Positions 28,371 to 37,941 of a DNA stretch of 47,605 bases are shown here, piece by piece (the stretch's first letter is position 1; each line of letters starts with the position of its first letter). The position numbers and the translations under genes were made by a program. Location of the stretch: sequence record DRR378314_1634; one strand, 5' to 3'. The notes beneath the pieces were generated by a model, which ran no database searches, was not told the origin of the DNA, and saw only the letters and a program-made list of their open reading frames with translations.

Positions 28371-28399
28371 ACTTTACCTTTACGTAAAGTGACATGCAA
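28371..28399 (-). promoter_or_regulatory. bkd promoter overlapped by a LiuR operator
   Basis: Minus strand TTGCAT-17 bp-TAAAGT. ACTTTACCTTTACGTAAAGT (28371-28390) matches LiuR TTTACGTWWACGTAAA with one mismatch. Confidence 0.75.
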
Positions 28400-28485
28400 A
28401 CCACACCCTAATGAAAACTGAGTGCGCTAAGTGTAAATAGAAACGAACAGTCTTAACAAAGTTCGGTAACTTAGGCTCAATAATT

Positions 28486-29517
28486 TCAGACTAAATCGAG
28501 CGACTCTGTGGGTACTCTAACCACAGTTAATAACGCCCGGTGCCCCAGCGCCACTTTGGCATTAGGGAAAATAATATGTTCACCGTCATGCTGCGCGTAA
28601 CATGCCTTGTCACCATCCCAGGCCAGTAGCTCCCCTTTATTAAAAGAGGTGAAGTTAGCCACATCATCCGCAAAGTTTAGCTCAAAGTCAGGTTGTGTGC
28701 GGTTAATGGTTTGCGCTTCTCTGAACACATAATGTTGTTCTGGTTCAAAAGGGTCGAAATCCAGCTCAGTTTGCGAAATTAAGTTGCGTAATGTGCTTTC
28801 CGCTGCGGCAAACTTAGTCCTGTCATTTTCGCCAAATGGACGGACTTTACCCAGCTCAACGGTAAACGCATGGGCGTTAAACTGACGCGCGCTAAAATAT
28901 GAAAATGTCGTTGTCGGTGCCTGATTTAATAATACCGTATCAACACCACAAGATAGCAAAAACTGAAGCTGTTGGCGGCTGTAAGTTGCGCCGTGAGTGA
29001 ACGGATAAACCGCAAATTTCTCACGTTTTGAGTCGCGAATAGCAGTATGTAAGTCATAATGAAAACGTTCGCGGGTTCCTTCCGGAGCCAATTGATAAAA
29101 ACGCTCCACATAGCTTTCTATCTTTGCTGCGCGCTCGCGTTCTTTATTTTGCGTACTGCCTTTACTGTGCTCACCACTAAACAGCCGGTTCATATTTTCT
29201 TCAACAAACCGCTCACCTTTGTTTATTGAGGCGGGGTTTGCAATTAAAAACAGCGTGCGGTGCGTTACTGTCTGTTTTTCATTAATAATGTCATTAATGA
29301 TATCCCGGCATATTTCGATAGGAGCCGTTTCATTTCCATGCACCGCACAGGATAACACAATATCCTTGTGTCCCGGATTAGCCGGTGAAACTTCTAACAC
29401 TCCGCTATCCCAGACCGACAGTTTCGTGCCATTGCCCAGTGTTAAGTCATGGCTCTCGCTACAACCCCACTCATGTTCACGAGTCCAGGCCAGAAAATCA
29501 GAAAATACCTTATTCAC
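28486..29517 (-). CDS. astE: Succinylglutamate desuccinylase
   Basis: VHGNETAPIE, ENMNRLF, HYDLHTAIR and FTVELGKVRPFG. Confidence 0.93.
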   Translation of the reverse strand: MNKVFSDFLAWTREHEWGCSESHDLTLGNGTKLSVWDSGVLEVSPANPGHKDIVLSCAVHGNETAPIEICRDIINDIINEKQTVTHRTLFLIANPASINKGERFVEENMNRLFSGEHSKGSTQNKERERAAKIESYVERFYQLAPEGTRERFHYDLHTAIRDSKREKFAVYPFTHGATYSRQQLQFLLSCGVDTVLLNQAPTTTFSYFSARQFNAHAFTVELGKVRPFGENDRTKFAAAESTLRNLISQTELDFDPFEPEQHYVFREAQTINRTQPDFELNFADDVANFTSFNKGELLAWDGDKACYAQHDGEHIIFPNAKVALGHRALLTVVRVPTESLDLV

Positions 29518-29526
29518 AACCTTCTC

Positions 29527-30237
29527 CTATTTTTTTCCCGGCACATAGCCTTTCGTTGCCAACAATTCACGTAATACTCGTGAGCGATATTCACGACGAT
29601 AAAGCACTGCGACCACCACAGCACTTGAAGCAATTAAGATGACGGGATGCAGAAACCAGGATAAATAGGCCAAAGCAAAATAATATGTGCGCAGACCCTT
29701 ATTGTACTCATGCCCGGACTGATCCAGTACTTTTGCTGCGTGCATAGCAAAACGCTGACGCTCTTCTTCCGGTTTATTGCCCTGGTGATACTCGACCGAG
29801 GCTCCCAGCAGGACGGACACAAAACCGAACTGACGAATAGACCAGGTAAACTTAAAAAAGGCGTAGATAAAGATAATGGCTAACACCGACAGCTTAAACT
29901 GCACCAAAATAGAACTGGTAGCGGGACTCATCGGAATTTCATTTAGCACCAACACAACTTCATCGGCATGTGCTAAGACCGTAATAACACCAGCCAAAAC
30001 TAAAATGGTAGAGGAGGCGAAAAAGGTGACAGTTCTCTCGACATTGCCAATAAGTGACGCGTCAGCAACTTGATTTTCTTTGTGCATGACAGTGGTAAAC
30101 CAGTCAATTCTTAACGAGCACAGAATACTCGACAAACAATGCGTGGTTCGGGCTCGTTTGCGGGCAAACAATGAATAGCCTATCCAGCAGAAAAAGAAAA
30201 ATAGCAATGCGGCAAGATCAAGAAGCGACAGCAACAT
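29527..30237 (-). CDS. DUF599-family membrane protein
   Basis: FFASSTIL, YAFFKFTWSIRQF, YNKGLRTYYF and LYRREYRS. Confidence 0.8.
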   Translation of the reverse strand: MLLSLLDLAALLFFFFCWIGYSLFARKRARTTHCLSSILCSLRIDWFTTVMHKENQVADASLIGNVERTVTFFASSTILVLAGVITVLAHADEVVLVLNEIPMSPATSSILVQFKLSVLAIIFIYAFFKFTWSIRQFGFVSVLLGASVEYHQGNKPEEERQRFAMHAAKVLDQSGHEYNKGLRTYYFALAYLSWFLHPVILIASSAVVVAVLYRREYRSRVLRELLATKGYVPGKK

Positions 30238-30323
30238 GTCAGGGTTTCCTCTGGAGTGTTCGGTTATTAATAATTTAACAGTTTAGAGTAATTAGTTTAC
30301 CAGTTTATGACTAACCATACGAT

Positions 30324-30354
30324 AAAGCCGGAGACTTAGCTCCGGCTTTCTTTC
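30324..30354. terminator. Terminator downstream of the RND permease
   Basis: AAAGCCGGAG-ACTTAG-CTCCGGCTTT, a 10-bp GC-rich stem. Confidence 0.7.
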
Positions 30355-30368
30355 ATTTCCTCAGACAC

Positions 30369-33300
30369 TTAGTAGTGCTCCAGTGCCTCTTTGGTACTCA
30401 TATCTTTAGGTTCAGGCGGCGTTGCCAGCCCATACCAGGACAGCATGGTACGCATCCCTCGCTTAGTATCAGCCAAAATCAAGTACAAACAAGGTATTAA
30501 CAACAAGGTAATAACCGTTGCGAAAATAATACCGAAGGCCAGTGATATTGCCATTGGTATCACTATTTTAGCCTGCAGACTCTTCTCCAGCACTATCGGA
30601 AGCAAACCGAAGAAAGTCGTTAACGAGGTTAAGGTTATTGCGCGAAAGCGACGACAACCGGCATCCAGCACCGCCTTACGTAAATCCGTTCCCATCTCCC
30701 GGGCCCGGTTAACGTAATCAACCATGACCAGACTGTCGTTCACCACAACCCCGGCTAACGCAATAATACCAAACAAGCTCAAAATACTAACCGGCATACC
30801 AATAACCCAGTGTCCAATAATTGCACCGATAATACCAAAGGGTATCACCGACATAATTATCAGCGGCTGACTATAGGACTTCAGCGGAATGGCCATTAGT
30901 GCGTAGACCGCAAACATTGCCAAAAAACCGCCAAGAGCAAGAGAGCCTGTTGCTTCAGCTTCATCCTGAGTCGCACCCTGGAGTTGGAAATTAACACTAG
31001 GGTACTTATCCAGAATTGGCTGGATTTTTTGTTCACGAACTTCATTTACAACGCGGAAAGGTTCTACTGTATCTTTATCGACCCGCGCACGAACGTTCAC
31101 AGAGCGTTGGCGGTCAATACGGGTAATGGTGCTATAACCTTCAGCGAACTCAATATCAGCCAATTCTGTAAATGGAATTTCAGAACCATCAGGACCACGC
31201 AGCTTCATATCCTGCAAGTTGCCAACGGACTCACGCTGGTCACGGGGGTAACGAACCATGACTTTAACTTCTTCGTCGCCTCGCTGTATGCGCTGGGCTT
31301 CAGCACCGTAGAAGGCATAGCGCACCTGAGTAGCCAGTTCAGCCAGATTAATCCCCATAGCAGTCGCTAACGGTTTGGTCTGCAGAAGAATTTCTTCTTT
31401 ACCGTCGCCAAAGGTATCTTCAATATCAAATACCCCGTCATAGTCGGCAAGTTCCAGCTTAAGCTCATCAGCTGCGGCTTTCAGTTCATCCAGGTTTTCA
31501 CCGACTAACTGAAACTCAATATCAAAGCCACTACCGCCACTCATGCTTCCCTGGAAATTAAGGGCTCGCACTCCAGCCAATTCGGGAACAGCTTCACGCC
31601 ATTGGTTCACAATTTCAAACCCGTCTATCTGGCGGTCTTCACCTTTTTTCAGTTCTACAAATACCGTACCGGCAGTATTGCCATCCATCCAGATATTGGT
31701 ATGACGGACAACGGCTTCACCGTCGTTTTCTTTAATCCGACTGTTCACGTCGTTGAGTGACTTTTCAACGCTGTTCAGGACTTCAATGGTGCGAGTTTCT
31801 GAGGTGCCGGGCTGCATCTCCACATTCGCCTGAATAAAATCGCTAGGAATATCCGGGAAGAAAACCCAACGTACAATACCGCCACTCATAAGACCGACCA
31901 TCAGAATCAGCATACCGACAAAGGTTGCTAACGTTGTATAACGGTAGTGCAGACATTTTTTGAGGAACGGTCGATAGTAATTATCTACGAAAGACTTAAT
32001 TGCATTCGCGAATCTATTGCGAAAACGTTGGAAAGCGTTGGCTTTTTCACCTTTCTGTTTGGAATACTTCATATTAGCGATGTGCGCTGGCAATATGAGT
32101 TTTGACTCCACTAAGGAAAAGGCCAAACAAAGAATAACGACCCAGGCAATAGACTCCCAGATAGCACCCATACCTCCTTCAACCGTCAACATGGGCACAA
32201 AGGCAACCATAGTTGTTAGTACGCCAAAGGTGGCCGGCATTGCCACACGCTTAGCTCCGGCAATAACGTTATCGATACTTTTACCGTTTTCCTCTATTTC
32301 AGTATAAGCACTTTCTCCTATGACTATCGCGTCATCCACCACTATCCCTAACACGAGTATAAAGCCGAACAGCGATATCATATTAATTGAGATATCAAAC
32401 ATCGGCAGTGGCATTAACGCAATGGTGCCTAAAAAGCACACCGGAATGCCTATCATGACCCAGAACGCCAAACGCAGTTGTAAGAATAACGACAACATAA
32501 GGAAGACCAACAGCCCGCCCATCCACATGTTGTTCATCATTAAGTCTAAGCGGCCTTGCAGGTAATAAGACGAATCGCCCCACTGTGCTACCTGAACGCC
32601 GTCGGGCAGCTCTTCATTTTTTCTTTCCGTATAGCCCCGGACGTACTCTGCTATTTTAAGATCGTTCTGATCGCCCACTGACTGTACGCGGACAAAAGTT
32701 GCCGGTTTACCGTCAAAGCGGGTATACGACTCTTCTTCAATAAAACCGTCTTCTACTTTGGCTATATCACCCAGAGTTAAACGCGTACCGTCAGCACGGC
32801 TTAATAAAACAATTTTCTCAAACTCACCGCCAACGTAAGCCTGGTTATTGGCACGCAGTAAAATGTCACCGTTAGGGGTTTTTATTGAACCACCAGCAAC
32901 ATCAATTGAGGTTCCGCGAACCGCGTCAACAATTTGTGAGAAGGTCAGTCCGTAGCGTTCAAGATCCTGCTGAGAAATCTCAACCGAAATTTCATAATCA
33001 CGGTCACCAACCACATCAACTTTGGTTATGCCGCCGACAGTCTTGAGCTCATCTCTGACTTCCTTCGCCAGCTCTTTACGGGAGCGCTCATCCAGGTCGC
33101 CATAAACCGACATCCAGATAACTTGTCGCTGTGGTCTTACCCGATAGATATTCGGCTTCTCGATTTGCTGAGGGAAGTTAGGAATGGCATCTACCAGCAT
33201 TTTCACCTCGTCCATGACAACTTGCACGTCATAGTCAGGTTCAACTTCCAAAGTGACACTACCGCCGCCTTCGCGCGACTGAGAGGTCATCTCTTCGATA

Positions 33301-33545
33301 CCATCAACATCCTCAATGGCATCTTCTATCAGCATAATAACGCCCTGCTCCACTTCCTGTGGCGCAGCACCGGGGAAAGGTACCTGGATACTGATAATAT
33401 TCAGTTCAATTTCAGGAAACATTTGCTTGCGCACAGTAAATACTGACAGTGCGCCTGCAACCAGAATAATGATCATCAATAAATTTGCGGCTACCGAGTT
33501 GCGTGCAAACCACGCAATCAGACCGGTTTGTTTTTCAGTCGTCAT
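30369..33545 (-). CDS. RND efflux permease (AcrB/AcrD/AcrF family)
   Basis: 1058 aa with GIVVDDAIVIGE, GVVVNDSLV and RFRAITLTSLTT. Confidence 0.93.
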   Translation of the reverse strand: MTTEKQTGLIAWFARNSVAANLLMIIILVAGALSVFTVRKQMFPEIELNIISIQVPFPGAAPQEVEQGVIMLIEDAIEDVDGIEEMTSQSREGGGSVTLEVEPDYDVQVVMDEVKMLVDAIPNFPQQIEKPNIYRVRPQRQVIWMSVYGDLDERSRKELAKEVRDELKTVGGITKVDVVGDRDYEISVEISQQDLERYGLTFSQIVDAVRGTSIDVAGGSIKTPNGDILLRANNQAYVGGEFEKIVLLSRADGTRLTLGDIAKVEDGFIEEESYTRFDGKPATFVRVQSVGDQNDLKIAEYVRGYTERKNEELPDGVQVAQWGDSSYYLQGRLDLMMNNMWMGGLLVFLMLSLFLQLRLAFWVMIGIPVCFLGTIALMPLPMFDISINMISLFGFILVLGIVVDDAIVIGESAYTEIEENGKSIDNVIAGAKRVAMPATFGVLTTMVAFVPMLTVEGGMGAIWESIAWVVILCLAFSLVESKLILPAHIANMKYSKQKGEKANAFQRFRNRFANAIKSFVDNYYRPFLKKCLHYRYTTLATFVGMLILMVGLMSGGIVRWVFFPDIPSDFIQANVEMQPGTSETRTIEVLNSVEKSLNDVNSRIKENDGEAVVRHTNIWMDGNTAGTVFVELKKGEDRQIDGFEIVNQWREAVPELAGVRALNFQGSMSGGSGFDIEFQLVGENLDELKAAADELKLELADYDGVFDIEDTFGDGKEEILLQTKPLATAMGINLAELATQVRYAFYGAEAQRIQRGDEEVKVMVRYPRDQRESVGNLQDMKLRGPDGSEIPFTELADIEFAEGYSTITRIDRQRSVNVRARVDKDTVEPFRVVNEVREQKIQPILDKYPSVNFQLQGATQDEAEATGSLALGGFLAMFAVYALMAIPLKSYSQPLIIMSVIPFGIIGAIIGHWVIGMPVSILSLFGIIALAGVVVNDSLVMVDYVNRAREMGTDLRKAVLDAGCRRFRAITLTSLTTFFGLLPIVLEKSLQAKIVIPMAISLAFGIIFATVITLLLIPCLYLILADTKRGMRTMLSWYGLATPPEPKDMSTKEALEHY

Positions 33546-33550
33546 GATGT

Positions 33551-34780
33551 TTACCCGCCTACATTTTCAGAGTCTTCGGCTTTTTTCTCACCGTTTTCAT
33601 CTGTTTTAGCCGTTGTTTCCATTTGCTCTGGCAGTGGGTCGCCGGGCAAACGTACCTTCATACCCGGTAACGCATTCTTCAGCTGCGTCAGCACCACTTT
33701 ATCTCCACTTTCCAGTCCGGAGCTTATAAGGCTTGTATTGCCCTGAGTTCGCACAACCTCAACATCACGTTTTTCCAGCTCGCGACTCTCAGGAACAATC
33801 CAGACAGACCCATCAGGATTCAGTGCATAGGTAGGAATTTCCATAACTCCCTGAGCCACAGTGCCCTCAACTTTAGCCTGCACGAAACGCCCATAGCGCA
33901 AAGGAATAGGATGTGTCTCTTCACCCAGGTTGTAAGGGTCAGAAACTTCTACAACACCATAGATAACCCGGCTGTTTTCATCTAAAACGCCTTCTGTCCG
34001 AACCAGACGTCCCTGCCAGGTTGCCGACTCACCGGAAACCATAGATTCTAACTGCACTCTGGGCGCTTCTTCAGCAAGAGCCGGATCTAAAATATAAGTC
34101 ATATCAAGGTCACTTAAAGGCAACCGAACTTCTGCCGTACGGGTATCAAATACCAAGGCTATCTGGCTACCCGTTGAAACAAACTGCCCCAAGTTGGCTT
34201 CTTTACTACGAAGTACGCTATCGTAAGGCGCTTTTATGGTGGTTCGCTCTAAATCACGCTCGGCTTTAGCCAGGTTCGCTTCGGCTGACTCTACCGCGGC
34301 AATGGCACTGGCAAGCTGCGGTTTGCGCAAGCCTAGTTCAGGTGCCTTCCCTTCTTTGAAGGCCGACCATTCTTCTTCAGCAACGCGGGCACGTGCTTTC
34401 TCTTGTTCTAACTCAGACTGGGCCTGCAACAAGTTAGCCCGGGCCTGTTGGACCGCAACTTCATAGTCAGACGGATCGACCTGAACCAGCATGTCGCCTT
34501 TCTTGAAGAAACCACCGGCATGGTAATTCGCAGCGACATCAACAATTTGCCCGGTCACTTCTGCAACCAGAGTAGTGGAATGCTTTGGTTTTACCGTGCC
34601 CTGAGAATCAACAATAAACGTCATGTCACGAGGGCTGACTTCCAGAACTTCAACCATCGCAGCAGGTTTACTTCGCTCTTTTTGTTTTGGCGGCTCCGCA
34701 GACATGCTTGCAAGTATCGATAAAACGATAGCTCCAACAATAATTAACGGCGGAATAAAGGCTCGTTTTTTAAATTTCAT
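33551..34780 (-). CDS. RND periplasmic adaptor (membrane fusion protein)
   Basis: N-terminal anchor, EVTGQI...GGFFKKGD, a coiled-coil hairpin, LERTTIKAPYD and SGLESGDKVV. Confidence 0.9.
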   Translation of the reverse strand: MKFKKRAFIPPLIIVGAIVLSILASMSAEPPKQKERSKPAAMVEVLEVSPRDMTFIVDSQGTVKPKHSTTLVAEVTGQIVDVAANYHAGGFFKKGDMLVQVDPSDYEVAVQQARANLLQAQSELEQEKARARVAEEEWSAFKEGKAPELGLRKPQLASAIAAVESAEANLAKAERDLERTTIKAPYDSVLRSKEANLGQFVSTGSQIALVFDTRTAEVRLPLSDLDMTYILDPALAEEAPRVQLESMVSGESATWQGRLVRTEGVLDENSRVIYGVVEVSDPYNLGEETHPIPLRYGRFVQAKVEGTVAQGVMEIPTYALNPDGSVWIVPESRELEKRDVEVVRTQGNTSLISSGLESGDKVVLTQLKNALPGMKVRLPGDPLPEQMETTAKTDENGEKKAEDSENVGG

Positions 34781-34900
34781 TTTTTATTGTTCTCATAATT
34801 GGTTAACTCACAGCATTATTATTACTGTTAATAATGTAAAATGTTAGGCGTTAACTGTTGCCAGTTGTGTGATTCCGGCACTAAGTTGTAACTGACTGTT

Positions 34901-36868
34901 TCAGCCTTCCAGTAACCAACGTTCCGCGGCCTCAACATAACGCGGTTTACCCACCAGCAAGACCACGTCCTGCGGTTGTAACTCGGTATCACCATCGGGC
35001 TCCTGAATTTCCTCGTCGTCACGCCTTAAAGCTTTTAACTGTACCTGATGTTTTTCCCAGTCTAATTCATCAATGCGTTTGCCCGTCGCCCAGGCACCTT
35101 CAGGTAAGGTTAAAGCACGTAAAAACTCAAGTTTGTCAGCAAGTTCTGGCGTAATCTCAGTTTCATCCCCTTGAAAGAAGCCATGCATTTCACCGTAATG
35201 GTTGCGTCTTTCTTTATCCAGCCGCGCAAGAATACGGCGTATTGGAATACCACTGCGGCTGAGCACATGAGAAATCAGCATTAAGCTCGCTTCCAGTGTG
35301 TCTGGAACCACCTGAGACGCTCCGGCTTCCTGTAACTGAGTCAATCTTGTATCGTCACGACTCCGTACAATAATGTAGGCATCGGGGTTTAACTGGCGAA
35401 GCTCTTTTAGTACTTCGAGAGCGCGCAGGTCATCGGCGAAACTGATAATAATCAGATCGACACTCTCGGCTCCTACCGCACGTAAAATATCTTTTCTGGC
35501 ACTGTCACCAAAGTAGACCCGGGCACCACCGGCAACGGCTTCCTGAACTCGCATGGGGTCATTATCGACAGCTATATGAGTAATTCCCTCTGCGTCTAAA
35601 AATCGACTCATGGTTTGCCCAACCCGTCCAAAGCCGCAAATCAGTACCTGGTTCTCCAGCCCTTCACTACCGGTTGTTCGTTGCTGTTCAATATCGACCA
35701 GAGGATCAGGGTGGCGAACAACCAGATTCACTAAAGGTTTCAAACGGTGGATAACAATAGGTGTTATCGCCATACTCAATACACCAATACCTATCATACT
35801 GGTGACAATCTCTTTGCTCAGTAATCCATGGCTGCTAGCCAAGGCGACAATGACAAAGCCAAACTCCCCCATTTGAAATAGTGAAATACCACTGCCCCAG
35901 GCATCCTCATCCCGCTCGCCCATAAAACGTGCTACTGAGCTAATTAACGCAATTTTAATCACGGCCATTACAATTAAAGCGAGGAGTATCCAATGAAAAT
36001 TCTGGACAAACCCATAAAGCTGAAGCTGCATGCCTATGGTCGTAAAGAACAAGCCCATTAAAATATCGCGAAACGGGCGAATATCGGCTTCCAGCTGATG
36101 TTTATACTGGCTTTCCCCTAGCATCATTCCGGCTAAAAAAGCACCTAACGCCATAGAAAGACCAAAAACATGAGTCATACCACCGGCAACCAGTGCGACC
36201 AGAAGCGTCGCCAGAACAAACAGCTCATCGGTTCTTTGCTTGGCTATTTCTTTGAATAAATAGGGTAAGACCCATTTGCCTATTGTCATTAGTACAGCAA
36301 TAACGGCGGCACCTTTCGCCAGAGCCAGTAATAAGGTGTAGCCAATATTACCGTTATCGGAGGCCAGCAAAGGAATAATAATTAGCAGTGGCACCACCGC
36401 TATATCCTGGAATAGCAAAATGGCGACACTCATCTGCCCGCGACGGGTTGACGTTTGTGCACTTTCTTTTAATTGCTTGATAACAACCGCAGTAGAGGAC
36501 AAGGCCAGCGCTCCGGCAATAGCCAAAGATGCAGCCCATTCATCCAGCCAGATAAAGCCGATAAGCAAAAAGATTAACAAGGAACCAAGAACCTGAGCCG
36601 CGCCTAACCCGAATACCCATCGCCGCATGGCGATCATCTTAGGTAAAGAGAACTCAAGCCCCAGCGAAAACAGGAGCAAGACAATACCCAGCTCAGCAAC
36701 CAGATGATAATCATCCGGGTCAGCTATCCAGCCCATAACGTCGGGGCCGGCAATAATACCGGCAACCAGGTAGGCTAAAATTGCCGGCAATTTCACCCTT
36801 CTGAAGAGCCAGACAAGAATAACGGCAACCGCTAATAAAAGCAGAAGGCTGGAAAATGTACCGTTCAT
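34901..36868 (-). CDS. CPA2 monovalent cation:proton antiporter (Kef-like) with RCK_N and RCK_C domains
   Basis: AELGIVLLLFSLGLE, LSSTAVV, LFQD, LGAFLAG and Rossmann CGFGRVG. Confidence 0.9.
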   Translation of the reverse strand: MNGTFSSLLLLLAVAVILVWLFRRVKLPAILAYLVAGIIAGPDVMGWIADPDDYHLVAELGIVLLLFSLGLEFSLPKMIAMRRWVFGLGAAQVLGSLLIFLLIGFIWLDEWAASLAIAGALALSSTAVVIKQLKESAQTSTRRGQMSVAILLFQDIAVVPLLIIIPLLASDNGNIGYTLLLALAKGAAVIAVLMTIGKWVLPYLFKEIAKQRTDELFVLATLLVALVAGGMTHVFGLSMALGAFLAGMMLGESQYKHQLEADIRPFRDILMGLFFTTIGMQLQLYGFVQNFHWILLALIVMAVIKIALISSVARFMGERDEDAWGSGISLFQMGEFGFVIVALASSHGLLSKEIVTSMIGIGVLSMAITPIVIHRLKPLVNLVVRHPDPLVDIEQQRTTGSEGLENQVLICGFGRVGQTMSRFLDAEGITHIAVDNDPMRVQEAVAGGARVYFGDSARKDILRAVGAESVDLIIISFADDLRALEVLKELRQLNPDAYIIVRSRDDTRLTQLQEAGASQVVPDTLEASLMLISHVLSRSGIPIRRILARLDKERRNHYGEMHGFFQGDETEITPELADKLEFLRALTLPEGAWATGKRIDELDWEKHQVQLKALRRDDEEIQEPDGDTELQPQDVVLLVGKPRYVEAAERWLLEG

Positions 36869-36900
36869 TCATAAACTCCTGGATTTCTGTGTTTTTATGA

Positions 36901-36918
36901 GTGTCAAAATAGTAACAC
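36901..36918 (+). promoter_or_regulatory. Candidate FleQ/FlrA enhancer box
   Basis: GTGTCAAAATAGTAACAC contains GTCA-N6-TAAC, one mismatch from GTCA-N6-TGAC, about 60 bp upstream of a sigma54 motif. Confidence 0.45.
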
Positions 36919-36978
36919 TCTTTTGTTTCAGAAAAACCATCTCTTATAACGTTTTGTAAAATATAGCTTTTCTATTCT

Positions 36979-36994
36979 TGGCCTAATATTTGCT
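36979..36994 (+). promoter_or_regulatory. Sigma54 (-24/-12) promoter
   Basis: TGGCCTAATATTTGCT has exact GG-N10-GC spacing and ends 41 bp before the GGDEF start. Confidence 0.65.
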
Positions 36995-37035
36995 AATAAA
37001 TTTTCAATTATCAAATTCAGGCAAAAAGGTTTGTC

Positions 37036-37941
37036 ATGCTAAACAGAGCTGTAGCAAAAACTGAGAGTAAGGCAACTGAGAACAAAACTCAGGCAATTAT
37101 CAGTCAATTAACCTCATCGGCTGACTTGCAAAGCAAATCAACCCCGTTAACTGAACGGTTGCAGACATCTATCGATTTGCATCAGGTATTGTCTATATAC
37201 GCTGATTACATGGTTCAGCGTCTACCGGTAAGTGCCCTGCAATTTATCTCTGATGACCAAATTATTAATTTAATTGGCGACTACGAAAGCCTTGAGAGCG
37301 AATACTCTGTAATGCTTTATGCCGATAAAGAATACTTAGGACAAATGGTTTATCAATTCAAACGCCAACCGTCCTATGTGAATAAAGTGCGCCTGGAGCA
37401 AATGCACCGACAGCTGACTTTCCCTTTGCGTAACGCTATGCATTTCTCACGTTTAAGAAAAGTTGCAATACGAGACCATTTAACCGGCCTTGGCAACAGA
37501 GCCTTACTGGACGAAACGCTTGAGCACATCAGTGCCCGTTTAAAGCGCGATAACAAACAGTCTCATATTGTCATGTTATTGGATATGGATGGATTTAAAA
37601 ACGTCAACGACCGTCATGGGCACCAACAAGGCGATGAAGTACTGAAGCTGTTTGGCAATTTATTGCAACAGCAATTGCGCGATACGGATCGGGTATTTCG
37701 CTATGGTGGCGATGAATTCGTATTAATACTGGAAAACACGCGACCAGCACAAGCGGAGGACGTTTTTCGGCGTATTCGGGGTGCGCTCGATAACGATATT
37801 AGTCTTGCCACTTTCAATATTGGCGTTAGCGCCGGTAGCCTGGTTATGGAAAGTTTTCATAGCCCCCAGGATATTATTGATGAAGCCGACAGACGCCTTT
37901 ACGCCGCTAAAGTTGCCGGTAAGAATCAGCACCTGAGCTAA
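37036..37941 (+). CDS. Diguanylate cyclase (GGDEF)
   Basis: DHLTGLGNR, DMDGFKNVNDRHGHQQGD, I-site RDTD and intact RYGGDEF. Confidence 0.92.
   Translation: MLNRAVAKTESKATENKTQAIISQLTSSADLQSKSTPLTERLQTSIDLHQVLSIYADYMVQRLPVSALQFISDDQIINLIGDYESLESEYSVMLYADKEYLGQMVYQFKRQPSYVNKVRLEQMHRQLTFPLRNAMHFSRLRKVAIRDHLTGLGNRALLDETLEHISARLKRDNKQSHIVMLLDMDGFKNVNDRHGHQQGDEVLKLFGNLLQQQLRDTDRVFRYGGDEFVLILENTRPAQAEDVFRRIRGALDNDISLATFNIGVSAGSLVMESFHSPQDIIDEADRRLYAAKVAGKNQHLS

Noticed and set aside
28432..28449. TyrR-like box TGTAAA-N6-CGAACA upstream of bkd
   Set aside because: The right half has three mismatches to TTTACA, which is too weak to call.
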